A stretch of 64,000 nt of DNA. It comes from an uncultured Acidobacteriota bacterium. Lineage in GTDB: Bacteria > Acidobacteriota > JAQAZP01. Of the stretch, positions 31,901 through 40,662 are shown one piece after another (within the stretch, counting starts at the first letter, position 1; every line of letters starts with the position of its first letter). A program made the translations under genes and the position numbers. The notes below the pieces were generated by a model that was not told the DNA's origin, made no database searches, and worked only from the letters and a program-made list of their open reading frames with translations. The DNA is taken from NCBI GenBank assembly GCA_963836075.1, contig CAWIIB010000001.1, positions 1,280,001 through 1,344,000 of the forward strand, written 5' to 3'.

Positions 31901-32315
31901 ACAGGCGCCAGGTGCCCATGGGGTCACTGCGCAGGCTGCGAAAGATCACCCGCTCGCCGTCCGGCATCCAGCCGATCATTTCGTCCGGCCCGCCATGCCA
32001 GGTGAGCCGCTGCGGTTCGCCGCCGGCCGCCGGAATGACATAGACATCCAGATTGCCGCCGTAGGCCCCGGAAAAGGCGATCTGCTTCCCGTCGGGAGAG
32101 AAGTTGGGGAAATACTCGTTACCGTCATGGGTGGTGAGCCGGACGGCGGTTCCACCCCCGGAGGCTACCGTCCACAGGTCACGTTCGGCGCAGAAAACGA
32201 TGCTGTTGCCATGGATATCGGGTTGCTGGAAATAGCCGTCACCGGCCATGGCCCACGGGACAGCGGCCAGGATGAAGATCAACGCGAGGCCCAGGAAGCA
32301 ACGTGGTCTGTTCAT
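28983..32315 (-). CDS. Tricorn protease homolog (S41, beta-propeller/PDZ), secreted
   Basis: Signal peptide; PD40-type repeats (FSPDGK, WSPDG); GYIHLPDM, DTRWNGGG, GSDGD catalytic Ser, RSWGG, ENHGVDPDI; GAGGAGGAG RBS. Confidence 0.93.
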   Translation of the reverse strand: MNRPRCFLGLALIFILAAVPWAMAGDGYFQQPDIHGNSIVFCAERDLWTVASGGGTAVRLTTHDGNEYFPNFSPDGKQIAFSGAYGGNLDVYVIPAAGGEPQRLTWHGGPDEMIGWMPDGERVIFRSLRSDPMGTWRLFTVDLRGGDAEELPLGWAARLDVDRDSGAWAFNRRSRDTRNWKRYRGGTATDIWAGDPEKGDFTRLTDFGGMDAFPMWHGGRIYFASDQGGTVNIWSMAADGSDRKRHTGFDTWDIRWPAMGPDGRIAFCHAADIHLFDPDRGKEAKVEITLPSDRVLTRVRYPDPARSMDWFSLNPEGDRLAVVARGEIFSVPVEDGVTLPVTRGSGAREREATFDPAGERIIYTSDEAGDDEFRVIDAWGRGEPEVIKPVAGKSAWHYAPAWSPDGKLVAFSSSDLGLYTMPAEGGDPTEVARSSNYAIREYVWSPDGRWLAYSMTLPSEYTSIYIYDTVEKKTHQVTGDWSDDSSPAWDPDGRYLYYTSSRAVNPFLGQFDWNNVEQKNDKLYMVLLREDVENPLVDTAGLPPEEEPDEAGDDAGEEGDDEADKETGDDSEDKDDEAPAPVKIDTAGLMARTVELPVDRGNYTGLGATGSHLFYVTVPQRGMAEQPGLFQEEGPTASLHTFDLKKKEAKPFVEGISGYTIAAKGTKIAVLKGPGELFVTGTAAPPGPALAESKVDLSGMVIQMDPREEWAQMYYEAWRRMRDFYWDEKMSGLDWEAIRDQYASLLPRLATRGDLSDLIGQMFGELNTSHTYVFGGDMGVRPTRVSTGLLGADLTREGEAFKVAKIYRGSAPDRVRSPLDRPGVAIAEGDYILAVNRVPFDGRRPIHAWLENMAGRSTLLTVNDTPDMDGSHEVLVTPMGSEADLRYSHWVRGNREYVAEKTGGKVGYIHLPDMWTDGLVEFNTWFYPQLGLEGMVVDTRWNGGGAVSQMILERLRRPLLSYSRIRGGGIGTYPDRVLNGPFVVLMNQFNGSDGDIFPKAVQLNELAPVIGMRSWGGVVGIYGARSLVDGGLVTNPQSAWWDPRDGWELENHGVDPDIEVENLPQDLARGVDAQLDRGIEEVLRLHREQPPLKPDFGDIRDRSRRAFKDE

Positions 32316-32452
32316 TAACTCCTCCTCCGGGATATCAGGAAACAAGAAACCGCCTTCCCCCGGCCAGGCCTGTCCCCGGCCGCACCAGATGCTCTTCAAT
32401 GCTAAACGTGAAAACAGGGGGATGGTTCATTCCGGGGAGGCGAAGAAAGGGA

Positions 32453-33295
32453 TCAGGAATCGTGGCCGAGCCTGAAAATCTGATCGATGGCCTCGGCGGC
32501 GCCCAGGGGCAGCGAGACGTGACGGTCAGCGGGCACCCGGGGCTCCCGGGGGTTGATGCGGATCAGGGTGGCCGAGGGCGCACCGGCCACCTCTTCCGAC
32601 AGGTAGCGGACCGTGGGAACGGCGGTGCCGGCGCCGATTTCGATGATCGCGATCCGCTGTCCGGACTGCCGCAGCCCGCCGAGCCAGTTCCGCATCCGCT
32701 GGCCCTGCTGCTGGGCCCGCTCCACGTTCCAGTGCCAGTCGCCGAACATCAGGATGTTCGGCCGGGCCAGCCCTCCGCAGTGGGGGCAGAGCGGCAGGGC
32801 GCCATGGGCCTGGAAGGCCTCCTCGTCCACCTGCACCTCGACGCCGGCGGCATCCCAGATGGCGCCGCTGCAGGGTGTGCAGCACTGCAGGTGATGAATC
32901 GAGCCGTGACACTCCTCCACCAGCTCGTCGTCGAACCCGGCCCTCTGGAACTGGCCGTCCACGTTGGAGGTGAAGACATGGTAGCCGCCGGGCTTGCTCA
33001 GCCCCAACTGGCGCAGCTGGTGAAAACCCTGGTGCGGGACGGTGCGCCGGTAGAGATTCAACCGGTGGCCATAGAAGGCCCAGGCCAGGGCGGGATCCCG
33101 CTGGAACCACGCGGGATTGGCCATGTCGATGAAGGAGATTCCCAGCTTGGCGATGGGGGGGTAGGCTTTCCAGAACCCTTCGTTCCCGCGAAAGTCGGGC
33201 AGGCCGGAATCGACGCCCATGCCGGCACCGGCGCTGATCAGCAGCGCGTCGGCCTCCCGCACCGCCTCGGCGGCGCGTCTGATCGGTTCATCCAT
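32453..33295 (-). CDS. Sir2 family NAD-dependent deacylase
   Basis: GAGMGVDSGLPDFRG, TSNVDG, ECHGS, Zn-binding Cys pairs, ARPNILMFGD, GAG..VP, RINP. Confidence 0.93.
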   Translation of the reverse strand: MDEPIRRAAEAVREADALLISAGAGMGVDSGLPDFRGNEGFWKAYPPIAKLGISFIDMANPAWFQRDPALAWAFYGHRLNLYRRTVPHQGFHQLRQLGLSKPGGYHVFTSNVDGQFQRAGFDDELVEECHGSIHHLQCCTPCSGAIWDAAGVEVQVDEEAFQAHGALPLCPHCGGLARPNILMFGDWHWNVERAQQQGQRMRNWLGGLRQSGQRIAIIEIGAGTAVPTVRYLSEEVAGAPSATLIRINPREPRVPADRHVSLPLGAAEAIDQIFRLGHDS

Positions 33296-33305
33296 GTCGG
33301 GTTCC

Positions 33306-33701
33306 TCAGGCCGACCGTCCCACCCGGTCCACATGCGCGGCCAGCCTCTTCTTCCCCGCGGGATCCAGACGCGAGAAGAAGACTCCCACTTCGTAGCGGT
33401 CTCCTCCGGGAACATCCACGTCCGGAGCGACCCAGACCACCGTGCCCTCGCCCTTGACCGAGACCGGGCCGTTCCCATCACCCGGAATGCCGTTGTCGCC
33501 GGAAAACATGATCTCCAGCTCGAAACGGGTCATCGGCTCCAGCGGCAGATCGGACTTGAAGTAGAGCCCCGATGTGCTGAGGTTCACCGTTTCGAACGAA
33601 GAGAGCCGCAGGTCACCATCAACTCCTCCGAGGGCCGCCCGGAACCGCAGCTTTGACTGAACCCGCGTCGCCCCCCGACGGTCCTGATCGCGCTTCGACA
33701 T
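33306..33701 (-). CDS. Single-domain PilZ protein
   Basis: RxxxR (RRGATR) and (D/N)xSxxG (NLSTSG) c-di-GMP-binding motifs; G.VVW and GVFF strands. Confidence 0.85.
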   Translation of the reverse strand: MSKRDQDRRGATRVQSKLRFRAALGGVDGDLRLSSFETVNLSTSGLYFKSDLPLEPMTRFELEIMFSGDNGIPGDGNGPVSVKGEGTVVWVAPDVDVPGGDRYEVGVFFSRLDPAGKKRLAAHVDRVGRSA

Positions 33702-33903
33702 CTGTATGGATCCCTCCCCAACCGGGACAGGGCCGGGGCCCGAAGGCGCACCGGCAATGCCTGTGCATCTGGTGTTCGTTTCCGTTTCCGTGGAAGACAC
33801 TGCCGGGCGGCGGGACACCGCCGCCTCGCTTGAGAGGAGTTTACAGGCAAGCCAGGGGAAAGGTCAAACAGACGGGGAAAGGGCAGGTTGCAAGGCCCAA
33901 TGC

Positions 33904-35322
33904 CTATTTGCCGGTGAGGAACCGCTTCAGCTTGTAGGTGTAGAGCACCAGGGGGAAGATCAGGTCGTAGAGCGATTTGGTGAGCGTGCCGGGTATGGGA
34001 ATGCGCGAGAGGGTGCGCACCACGAAGGCCCAGCGGGGGTAGGAGACCTCCCAGGGGAAGACGTTGTGGTAGTACGCCACTTTTCGCGGCGTGATGGAGG
34101 GCTGGTCGAGCATGGTGACATTCTGGAAGAAGGAGTGGATCTGGCGGTTCGAGATCCAGCCCTTTTCCTTGCACTCGCGGTAGAGGGCAGTGCCCTTGTA
34201 CGGCCGGAACACCGATACAAAGGGGGTCTCCGGGCGGACCTCCCGGTTCAGGGCGATGGTCCGGCGGATATTTTCCTCGGTCTCTCCGGGCAGGCCCACC
34301 ATGTTGAAGGTCCAGAGGCTTATGCCGGCTTCGTGCACCAGCGTGCAGACCTGGCGGATGGTGTCGTTGGAGATCTTCTTCCCCACCACCTTGCTCCGCA
34401 GTTCCTCGTCGCCGCTCTCGATCCCCAGGCGGAACTGGAAGCAGTTGGCCTCCTTCATCCAGCGGATCACGTTTTCATCAAGCTGGTCAAAGCGGGTGGA
34501 GCAGGCAAAGGGCCGGTCCACCCGCCGGGCGTATTCCTCGCAAAAGGACCTGATCCATTTGCGATTGTGGGTGAAGGTCTCGTCCTCGAAAACCACTTGG
34601 CGCACACCCTTGTAGCGGTCCAGGACCTCCACCACCTCGTCCACCACGTGTGACGGGCTCCGCTGGCGGACATAACGGCCGCAACCCTGGTAGATCTTGC
34701 GCAGGGCGTGATTGGCGCAGTAGGGGCAGAGGAAGGGGCAGCCCCGCCCGGTGGAGAAGGAGGCCTTGCCGGTGCGCGAGACGATCTGCTGGTACTCAAA
34801 GAGCTCGCGGTCCGGGAATCCCAGCCAGTCCAGGTCCTCCACCAGGGGCCCCAGCTCGTTCTTCACCACTTCGCCCTCATGGCTGAACCAGAAGTTGAGG
34901 ATCTCCCACGGCTCCCCCCCCCCTTCCAGGGAACTGGCCAGGGCCGTCAGGGCCAGGTCACCCTCGCCGACGCAGATGCCCAGCAGCCCGGGAAGGGCCA
35001 CGGCCTCCTCCGGGGCCATGGTGGCGTGAAGGCCGCCCAGCACCACCAGGGGCCGGGGCTCTTTCATCCCGCCGATCTGCCGCACCACCCTCGACGCCAG
35101 CGGGAACTGGTCACTGGTGGCGGAGACGGCCACCAGGTTGGGGCGGAAGAGTTTCAGCGCCCGCTTGATCACGCCGGGCTGGTAGCTGTTGATATTGAGC
35201 AGCGCGGTCTGGTGGCCGTCGCGGACCAGCATCGACGACAGGTAGCCGATGCCGTAGTTGTAAGCGCGGGCGGCCACCACGGTGTGTGCCGGCGGGAAGG
35301 GATAGATGAAGAGTATTTTCAC
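33904..35322 (-). CDS. B12-binding radical SAM protein
   Basis: GIGYLSS, GGLHAT, GEGD, RGCPFLCPYC, FEDETF, GIESG, MVGLPGET. Confidence 0.92.
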   Translation of the reverse strand: MKILFIYPFPPAHTVVAARAYNYGIGYLSSMLVRDGHQTALLNINSYQPGVIKRALKLFRPNLVAVSATSDQFPLASRVVRQIGGMKEPRPLVVLGGLHATMAPEEAVALPGLLGICVGEGDLALTALASSLEGGGEPWEILNFWFSHEGEVVKNELGPLVEDLDWLGFPDRELFEYQQIVSRTGKASFSTGRGCPFLCPYCANHALRKIYQGCGRYVRQRSPSHVVDEVVEVLDRYKGVRQVVFEDETFTHNRKWIRSFCEEYARRVDRPFACSTRFDQLDENVIRWMKEANCFQFRLGIESGDEELRSKVVGKKISNDTIRQVCTLVHEAGISLWTFNMVGLPGETEENIRRTIALNREVRPETPFVSVFRPYKGTALYRECKEKGWISNRQIHSFFQNVTMLDQPSITPRKVAYYHNVFPWEVSYPRWAFVVRTLSRIPIPGTLTKSLYDLIFPLVLYTYKLKRFLTGK

Positions 35323-36218
35323 CGGCCACCCCCTTCATCCTTCCCCGCCGCCAGGTCCCGGTAGGTCACGATGCTGATGCCCAGCGATTCCACGAATCGG
35401 CGGGCCTCCCCGGAGCAGAGCAGGGCCAGTTCGGTGGCCCAGTGAAAATCCCAGGGACTGCCATAGCCGGCCTCTCGCAACTGGGTGCGCAGATTCGTCC
35501 GCGACCCCTCACCGGGATGGCACATCAGTTCGGCGGTGACCGCCGGACCGTCGGAGAAGGCCTTGACCAGCCGGCGGAATGCCTCGAGGGTCAGCCGGCC
35601 GCTGCAGCCGGTGCCCAGTAACGCGTCGGGCCTGGCGAAAAAATCTCCATAGACCCTGGCGCTGCGCCGCGCGCCCAGGCGGAGCAGCCGGCCCTTCCAG
35701 CCGCTGCCGCCGCCGTCGCCGGGTCCGTTTAACCGGGGCAGCCGAACCGCCGGAATGCCGTATTCCCGCGCCAGACCGGCGAACACCGGAGCCAGCGGGG
35801 GAAAGAGGTGCAGGTGCTGGTGCCCGTCCATGTGATCGGGCCGGATGCCGGTGCCGAGGATCCGCTCCAGCTGGGCCCGCAGTTCGGTGGTCACCCGTTG
35901 CAGGTTGACCCGCCGCAGGACAAAAAAGTCGCCAATGAAATGGCGGTAGTCCGCCGGCAACAGGTTCTCCGGCCCCCGGCCCAGGCCGCCGTCCTCCCAG
36001 GCGGTGAGCGCCCGGCCCTCGGCCAGGGCCAGGTGCGCCCCCACCCCGATGTCGGGACGGGACCGGCACAGCGCGACGCCGCTGTCAAAAGCGGGACCGT
36101 TGGCCAGCAGCGAGAGGCTGCTCACGATCCCCTCGCCCGCGGCCCGGGCCAACCCGCGGTCGATCCCGGGCAACAGCCCCAGGTCGTCGCCGTTGATCAC
36201 CAGCCGCTTGACCGTCAT
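35319..36218 (-). CDS. ChbG/HpnK (YdjC) family carbohydrate deacetylase
   Basis: INGDDLG, GVGAHL, DHMDGHQHLH, ELMCHPG. Confidence 0.92.
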   Translation of the reverse strand: MTVKRLVINGDDLGLLPGIDRGLARAAGEGIVSSLSLLANGPAFDSGVALCRSRPDIGVGAHLALAEGRALTAWEDGGLGRGPENLLPADYRHFIGDFFVLRRVNLQRVTTELRAQLERILGTGIRPDHMDGHQHLHLFPPLAPVFAGLAREYGIPAVRLPRLNGPGDGGGSGWKGRLLRLGARRSARVYGDFFARPDALLGTGCSGRLTLEAFRRLVKAFSDGPAVTAELMCHPGEGSRTNLRTQLREAGYGSPWDFHWATELALLCSGEARRFVESLGISIVTYRDLAAGKDEGGGR

Positions 36219-37000
36219 CGCCCTTCCCCCACCGGGGCCGGCCCTGACGGCCTCTGCCCGCCGCGGGTCATCAGGTAGGCCGTCAGTTCCAACAGAATCT
36301 TGACGATCACCGCCGGGGAGGCCAGGGTGGAAACCCCGGCGGTGCGCGGGAAGTATCGCACCCCCACCTCCTCGATGGCAAAACCGGCTTTCCGCGCTTC
36401 GATCAGTACTTCGGCATCGATGAAGGAGCCGTTGGAACGGAGCTCGATGCGCTCCAGCACCTGCCGCCGGAAGAGCTTGAAGGAGAAATTGATGTCGCGG
36501 AAACGGAACCCGAAGAGAAAATTGATCAGCCAGTTGTAAGTCCGGGAGTAGACCGTGCGCAGCAGCGTCTCGTCGCGGTTCAGCCGGTAGCCGGTGACCA
36601 CGTCCACGCCGCCGGCGGCCACCAGCGAAAAGGCGGCGGTCATGTCGGCGAAATCGATGGGGTTGTCCGCGTCGGTGTAAAAGACCAGCTCCATCCGGCT
36701 GGCCGCAAACCCGGCCTTGAGCGCTCCCCCCAGCTTGAGGTTGCGCGGCAGGTGGATCACCCGGACGTGCGGGTCAGCGGCGGCCAGGCGGTCGGCAATC
36801 ACGGCCGTCCCGTCGGTTGAGGCATCGTTGACCACGATCACCTCGTGCTCGACGCCGACGGCGTCCAGCGCGGCGCGGGCACCGCGTACCGACCGCTCGA
36901 TATTCCCCTCCTCGTTGTAGGTGGGGAAGAACACGGAAACCGATTGCGCGGCTCCATCGCCGGCGGCCAGGGCCCGCGCTTTTTCAGACAACTGGATCAT
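36215..37000 (-). CDS. GT2 polyprenyl-phosphate glycosyltransferase (Dpm1/ArnC-like)
   Basis: FFPTYNEE, VVNDASTDGT, YTDAD, GYR, FKLFRR, DAEVL. Confidence 0.92.
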   Translation of the reverse strand: MIQLSEKARALAAGDGAAQSVSVFFPTYNEEGNIERSVRGARAALDAVGVEHEVIVVNDASTDGTAVIADRLAAADPHVRVIHLPRNLKLGGALKAGFAASRMELVFYTDADNPIDFADMTAAFSLVAAGGVDVVTGYRLNRDETLLRTVYSRTYNWLINFLFGFRFRDINFSFKLFRRQVLERIELRSNGSFIDAEVLIEARKAGFAIEEVGVRYFPRTAGVSTLASPAVIVKILLELTAYLMTRGGQRPSGPAPVGEGR

Positions 37001-38478
37001 CAGACCCGCCGTAACTTGAGCAGCGTCCGCCGGAGCCCGGTGGGGGTCAGGAGCTGGCCCGCCAGACGGGCGGCACGCCGCGGCTTGAGGTAGAAACGGT
37101 AATAGGCCCGTTTTTTCAGGCGTTCGATCTGCTCCCCGGTGAGCCCCTTTTCCGGATCGGCGTAGACCGAGACGTGGAAGCAGTCGAAATCCTCGAAGGG
37201 CTTGTCGATATGCTGGCGTGTCCGGTCATAGAGCGTGGTGTGGGGAAAGGGGGTGGTGATGTCGAACACCGCATCGTCGAAGGGCAGACGCTCGGCGAAC
37301 CGGACGGTGGCCTCGATCTCCTCCGCCGTCTCCGAGTAGGCGCCCATCATGAAATACCCCTGGACCTTCAGCCCCACCGACTTGGCCAGGTGTACCGCCC
37401 GCTCCACCGACTCCACGGTTTCGCGCTTGTCGTAGATCTCCTCCAGCACCCGGGGCACGGCCGACTCCACCCCGATGTTCACCTTGCGCAACCCGGCCTC
37501 CTTCATCAAGAGCAGCTGGTCCCGCTGGGCCAGGTCAGCCCGGATGTTGCAGCACCAGTGGAGGCCCAGACGCCGTTCGATCAACAACTCACAGATCCCG
37601 GCCACCCACTTGCGGTCGAGGATGAACAGCGAGTCCTCGAACATGAAGGCCTCGATCTTGAAACGGTCCCGGATCGCCTCGATCTCGTCCACCACCGGGC
37701 CCGGGCTGCGCTTGCGTATCCGCTTGCCGAAGATGCTGGAGATGGTGGGCTGACAGAAGGTACAGGTGTAGGGGCAGCCCCGGGAGGCAATCACCGAGGT
37801 GCCGCGCAGACCGGGCTTCCAGGAGTCCATGGAGTACCAGCTGCGGAAGTAGTTCTCCATCTCGAAGAGGTGCCGGGCCGGTGGAGGCACGCTGTCCAGG
37901 TCGAGAGTGAAGGGTCGCCGCGGGGTGGTGACCAGTTCCACTTCGCCGTTGCGGCCCTTCCCGCCGCGAAAGGCGATACCCTGGATCGAATCGCTCGGAC
38001 CGCCCGCTTCCAGCAGTTCGGCCAGTGTCTCCTCGCCCTCGCCAATACAGACGGTATCGACGTTGCGGTCCTCCAGTACGCTCTCCGGCAGCACCGTGGG
38101 ATGGGGGCCGCCGAAAATCACCTGGCAGCCGGGGGCCGCCGCCTTGGCCAGGGCAGCGGCGCGCCGGGCTTCGCGCAGGTGCGGCGTGACCACCGAGAGC
38201 CCCACCACGTCGTAGCGCCGCTCCCGGAACCGCTGTTCCAGCATGGCAAAGGGGTCCCGGGCAAAGGAGAGGTCGAGGATCTCCACGTCGGCGTCGGCGT
38301 GCTTTTCCAGCCAGCTGGCAAGATAGCCGATGCCCAGCGGCGGCTGGCCGCTGGGATACTTGACCTCGGGAAAAACCAGGGCCACCTTCGGCCGGCTGCC
38401 GGACCGCTGACGGAGCACTCCCGGCGCCCCGGCCGGCGATCCGTTCCCCGTGATGTCCTGCCCCGCATCAGAGGTCAC
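37000..38478 (-). CDS. B12-binding radical SAM protein
   Basis: PPLGIGYLAS, GGPHPT, GEGE, SRGCPYTCTFC, FEDSLF, GVES, TPFPHT. Confidence 0.92.
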   Translation of the reverse strand: MTSDAGQDITGNGSPAGAPGVLRQRSGSRPKVALVFPEVKYPSGQPPLGIGYLASWLEKHADADVEILDLSFARDPFAMLEQRFRERRYDVVGLSVVTPHLREARRAAALAKAAAPGCQVIFGGPHPTVLPESVLEDRNVDTVCIGEGEETLAELLEAGGPSDSIQGIAFRGGKGRNGEVELVTTPRRPFTLDLDSVPPPARHLFEMENYFRSWYSMDSWKPGLRGTSVIASRGCPYTCTFCQPTISSIFGKRIRKRSPGPVVDEIEAIRDRFKIEAFMFEDSLFILDRKWVAGICELLIERRLGLHWCCNIRADLAQRDQLLLMKEAGLRKVNIGVESAVPRVLEEIYDKRETVESVERAVHLAKSVGLKVQGYFMMGAYSETAEEIEATVRFAERLPFDDAVFDITTPFPHTTLYDRTRQHIDKPFEDFDCFHVSVYADPEKGLTGEQIERLKKRAYYRFYLKPRRAARLAGQLLTPTGLRRTLLKLRRV

Positions 38479-39878
38479 TGCCCGTCCTCCCCTTCCCGGC
38501 CCGCCCCGCGAAACCAGCGCCAGAGCGCCACAACGGCATAGGCGGCCAGAATACCCATCAGCGGGTCCACCGGCAAGCGGTATCGTATCCCGCCGTGAAA
38601 CAGTGTGTGCAGGCCGATGGTGTAGAGCACCAGCGACACCGGCACCAGGGCCCCGCGGACCCGCCGGCGCCAGGCGAGGTAGACCCCTGACGCGGACAGC
38701 GGCAGCACCAGGCCGTAGGAAAGCAGGCCGGCCAGCAGGTAGAGCGCCCCGCGGGACCGGCTCCCGGTGACCGACATCAGCCAGACGAATCGGCGCACAC
38801 AGAGGGAGGCGAAGTAGGCCGGGTTGGCGCTGATGAAGGCCACTGCCCGGCTGGTGATCAGCCGGTTCCTCTGCACCTCGCTCAACCCCTCCAGGTCAGG
38901 GTATTCCAGCAGTTCGGTTTTCTCAAGGCGGGCCGCCAGCCCGTCGGGGAAACCGAGGCCGGCCTCGAGGAACTCCGGCCGCACCACGTCGGGGTGGTTG
39001 CGCATCCAGAGGTTCAGACCGCCCTTGGTGGGCATCAAAACAAACTCGTCGTGGACCCGGTAGTTGCGCACCACCCAGGGGGAGACCGTCACGGCAAAGG
39101 CCAGGCCGCACAGCAGGACGGCCACCACACCACGGCGGCGGCCCAGGGCGAATAGCATCAGCAGCGCCGCCAGGGGGAGGAAGAGGATGATGCTCGATCG
39201 GGCGAGAAAGGTCAGTCCGGCAAAAATACCCACCAGCAGTGCCAGGGTGGACGGTGACAACCGGCAGCCCCCCCGCTCACCGGCACCGGGCAGGGCAACA
39301 CCCGGACCGGCCACCAGGCAGGTCAGCGCCCAGGCCATGGCGGCGAGGAGCATGACGTAGAGGTTTTCCCCGGCCAGCAGACCGGTGTAATAGACGAGAT
39401 AGGGGTAGAGCGCGGTGATGATCCCGGCAATCACGGCGGTCGGACCGTCGCGGAAACAGCAGCGGGCGGTGCCGTAGATGGCCAGCGCGGCCAGGGCCCC
39501 GAACAGCGCCTGGAGCAGGCGCACCACCAGGTAATTGCCCGGCCCGGCCACCCGGTAGACCAGGCCCAGGGTAACCGGGTAGAGCGGCGGGATGACCGAG
39601 GAGGGCCGCTCCGCAGGAGTGATGCCGAAATGGTGGTCGGGCCGGCGGACCCAGTCCGCCAGGGAGTCGCCGCGCCCGGCATTCCCGGCCCGCTTGAGGT
39701 CCGCATCACTCTGGCGGAAGGAGAGCCCCTGCCCCTGGGCCACACTGGCGGCCAGCCGGTCGTAGAGCCCCTGGTCGCCGCCGGCCGGGAGCAGCCGGTC
39801 CGCGGGGAGCAGCAGGACAAAGACCAGCCGGGCCAGCAGGGCGAGAAGAAAAACCCAGAGTGCCGGGCGCCTGGTCAT
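38475..39878 (-). CDS. ArnT/PMT-like (GT39) membrane glycosyltransferase
   Basis: Multiple TM helices; DQ..Y..LA, PPLYP, RLLQA, ENLY, PWVVRNY, RYRLP motifs. Confidence 0.85.
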   Translation of the reverse strand: MTRRPALWVFLLALLARLVFVLLLPADRLLPAGGDQGLYDRLAASVAQGQGLSFRQSDADLKRAGNAGRGDSLADWVRRPDHHFGITPAERPSSVIPPLYPVTLGLVYRVAGPGNYLVVRLLQALFGALAALAIYGTARCCFRDGPTAVIAGIITALYPYLVYYTGLLAGENLYVMLLAAMAWALTCLVAGPGVALPGAGERGGCRLSPSTLALLVGIFAGLTFLARSSIILFLPLAALLMLFALGRRRGVVAVLLCGLAFAVTVSPWVVRNYRVHDEFVLMPTKGGLNLWMRNHPDVVRPEFLEAGLGFPDGLAARLEKTELLEYPDLEGLSEVQRNRLITSRAVAFISANPAYFASLCVRRFVWLMSVTGSRSRGALYLLAGLLSYGLVLPLSASGVYLAWRRRVRGALVPVSLVLYTIGLHTLFHGGIRYRLPVDPLMGILAAYAVVALWRWFRGAGREGEDGQ

Positions 39879-39897
39879 CGGTCTGCCTCCCCGGGAA

Positions 39898-40662
39898 TCA
39901 TCGGAGCTCTTTCCAGAGGCGACGGATCTCGCCGAGGATCTCGGTGACCACCGACGGCCGGACAAAACCGAAGTTCTGCCAGCGGCCGATGTTGTACGAA
40001 GTGGCTCCGTGTGTCCGAGGGTAGTGCTGCACTCCCACCTCGCAGAAACGGCGGCCATCCTTTATCGCCTTGATCAGGATTTCGGCGTCGGCCAGTCCGC
40101 TGGTGGCGCTGATGGTCATGTCCTGGAAGATTTCCCGCCGGAAGACCTTGAACGAGCAGTCCACGTCCCGGACCCGCAGGCCGAAGAGAAAGCGGATCAT
40201 CAGGTTGTAGACCCAGGCGGTGAAGATGCGCATCTTCGGGTCCTGGCGGTCGATCCGGTAGCCCACCACCATGTCCCAGCCCTCGTCGAGACGCTCCAGC
40301 AGGGTGGTGATTTCCCGCATGTCGAACTGGTTGTCGGAGTCGGTGTAGAAGATCAGATCCCTGGTGGAGTTTTCGATCCCCGAACGGAGGGCCGCGCCAA
40401 AACCGCGGTTTTCCGCGTGGCGCACCACCTTGACCCGGGGATCGCGCCGGGCCAGTTCGTCGGACAGCTTCGAGGTTCCGTCACGGCTGCCGTCATCGAC
40501 GATGATGATTTCAAAGTCACGGCAGAACGTCCCCAGCACCTCGGTGGCCTGATTCACCGCCCGCTCGATGTTGTCTTCCTCGTTGTAGGTGGGGAAGAAC
40601 ACCGACACGCTCTGATCGAAGCCTTGCATCACGTTTCCGCTCTCCGTTTCCTCCGGGATCAT
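39898..40662 (-). CDS. GT2 polyprenyl-phosphate glycosyltransferase
   Basis: FFPTYNEE, IVDDGSRDGT, NRGFGAA, YTDSDNQFD, DVDCSFK; paralog of 36215-37000. Confidence 0.92.
   Translation of the reverse strand: MIPEETESGNVMQGFDQSVSVFFPTYNEEDNIERAVNQATEVLGTFCRDFEIIIVDDGSRDGTSKLSDELARRDPRVKVVRHAENRGFGAALRSGIENSTRDLIFYTDSDNQFDMREITTLLERLDEGWDMVVGYRIDRQDPKMRIFTAWVYNLMIRFLFGLRVRDVDCSFKVFRREIFQDMTISATSGLADAEILIKAIKDGRRFCEVGVQHYPRTHGATSYNIGRWQNFGFVRPSVVTEILGEIRRLWKELR

Noticed and set aside
32453-33295. Sir2 as an anti-phage defence effector
   Set aside because: It has the zinc-binding subdomain and motifs of a housekeeping sirtuin deacylase, with no HerA, TIR or Argonaute partner adjacent.
33702-33840. 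Possible c-di-GMP riboswitch upstream of PilZ
   Set aside because: Only a simple GC hairpin (GGCGGCGG-GACA-CCGCCGCC) is present; the GEMM consensus is absent.
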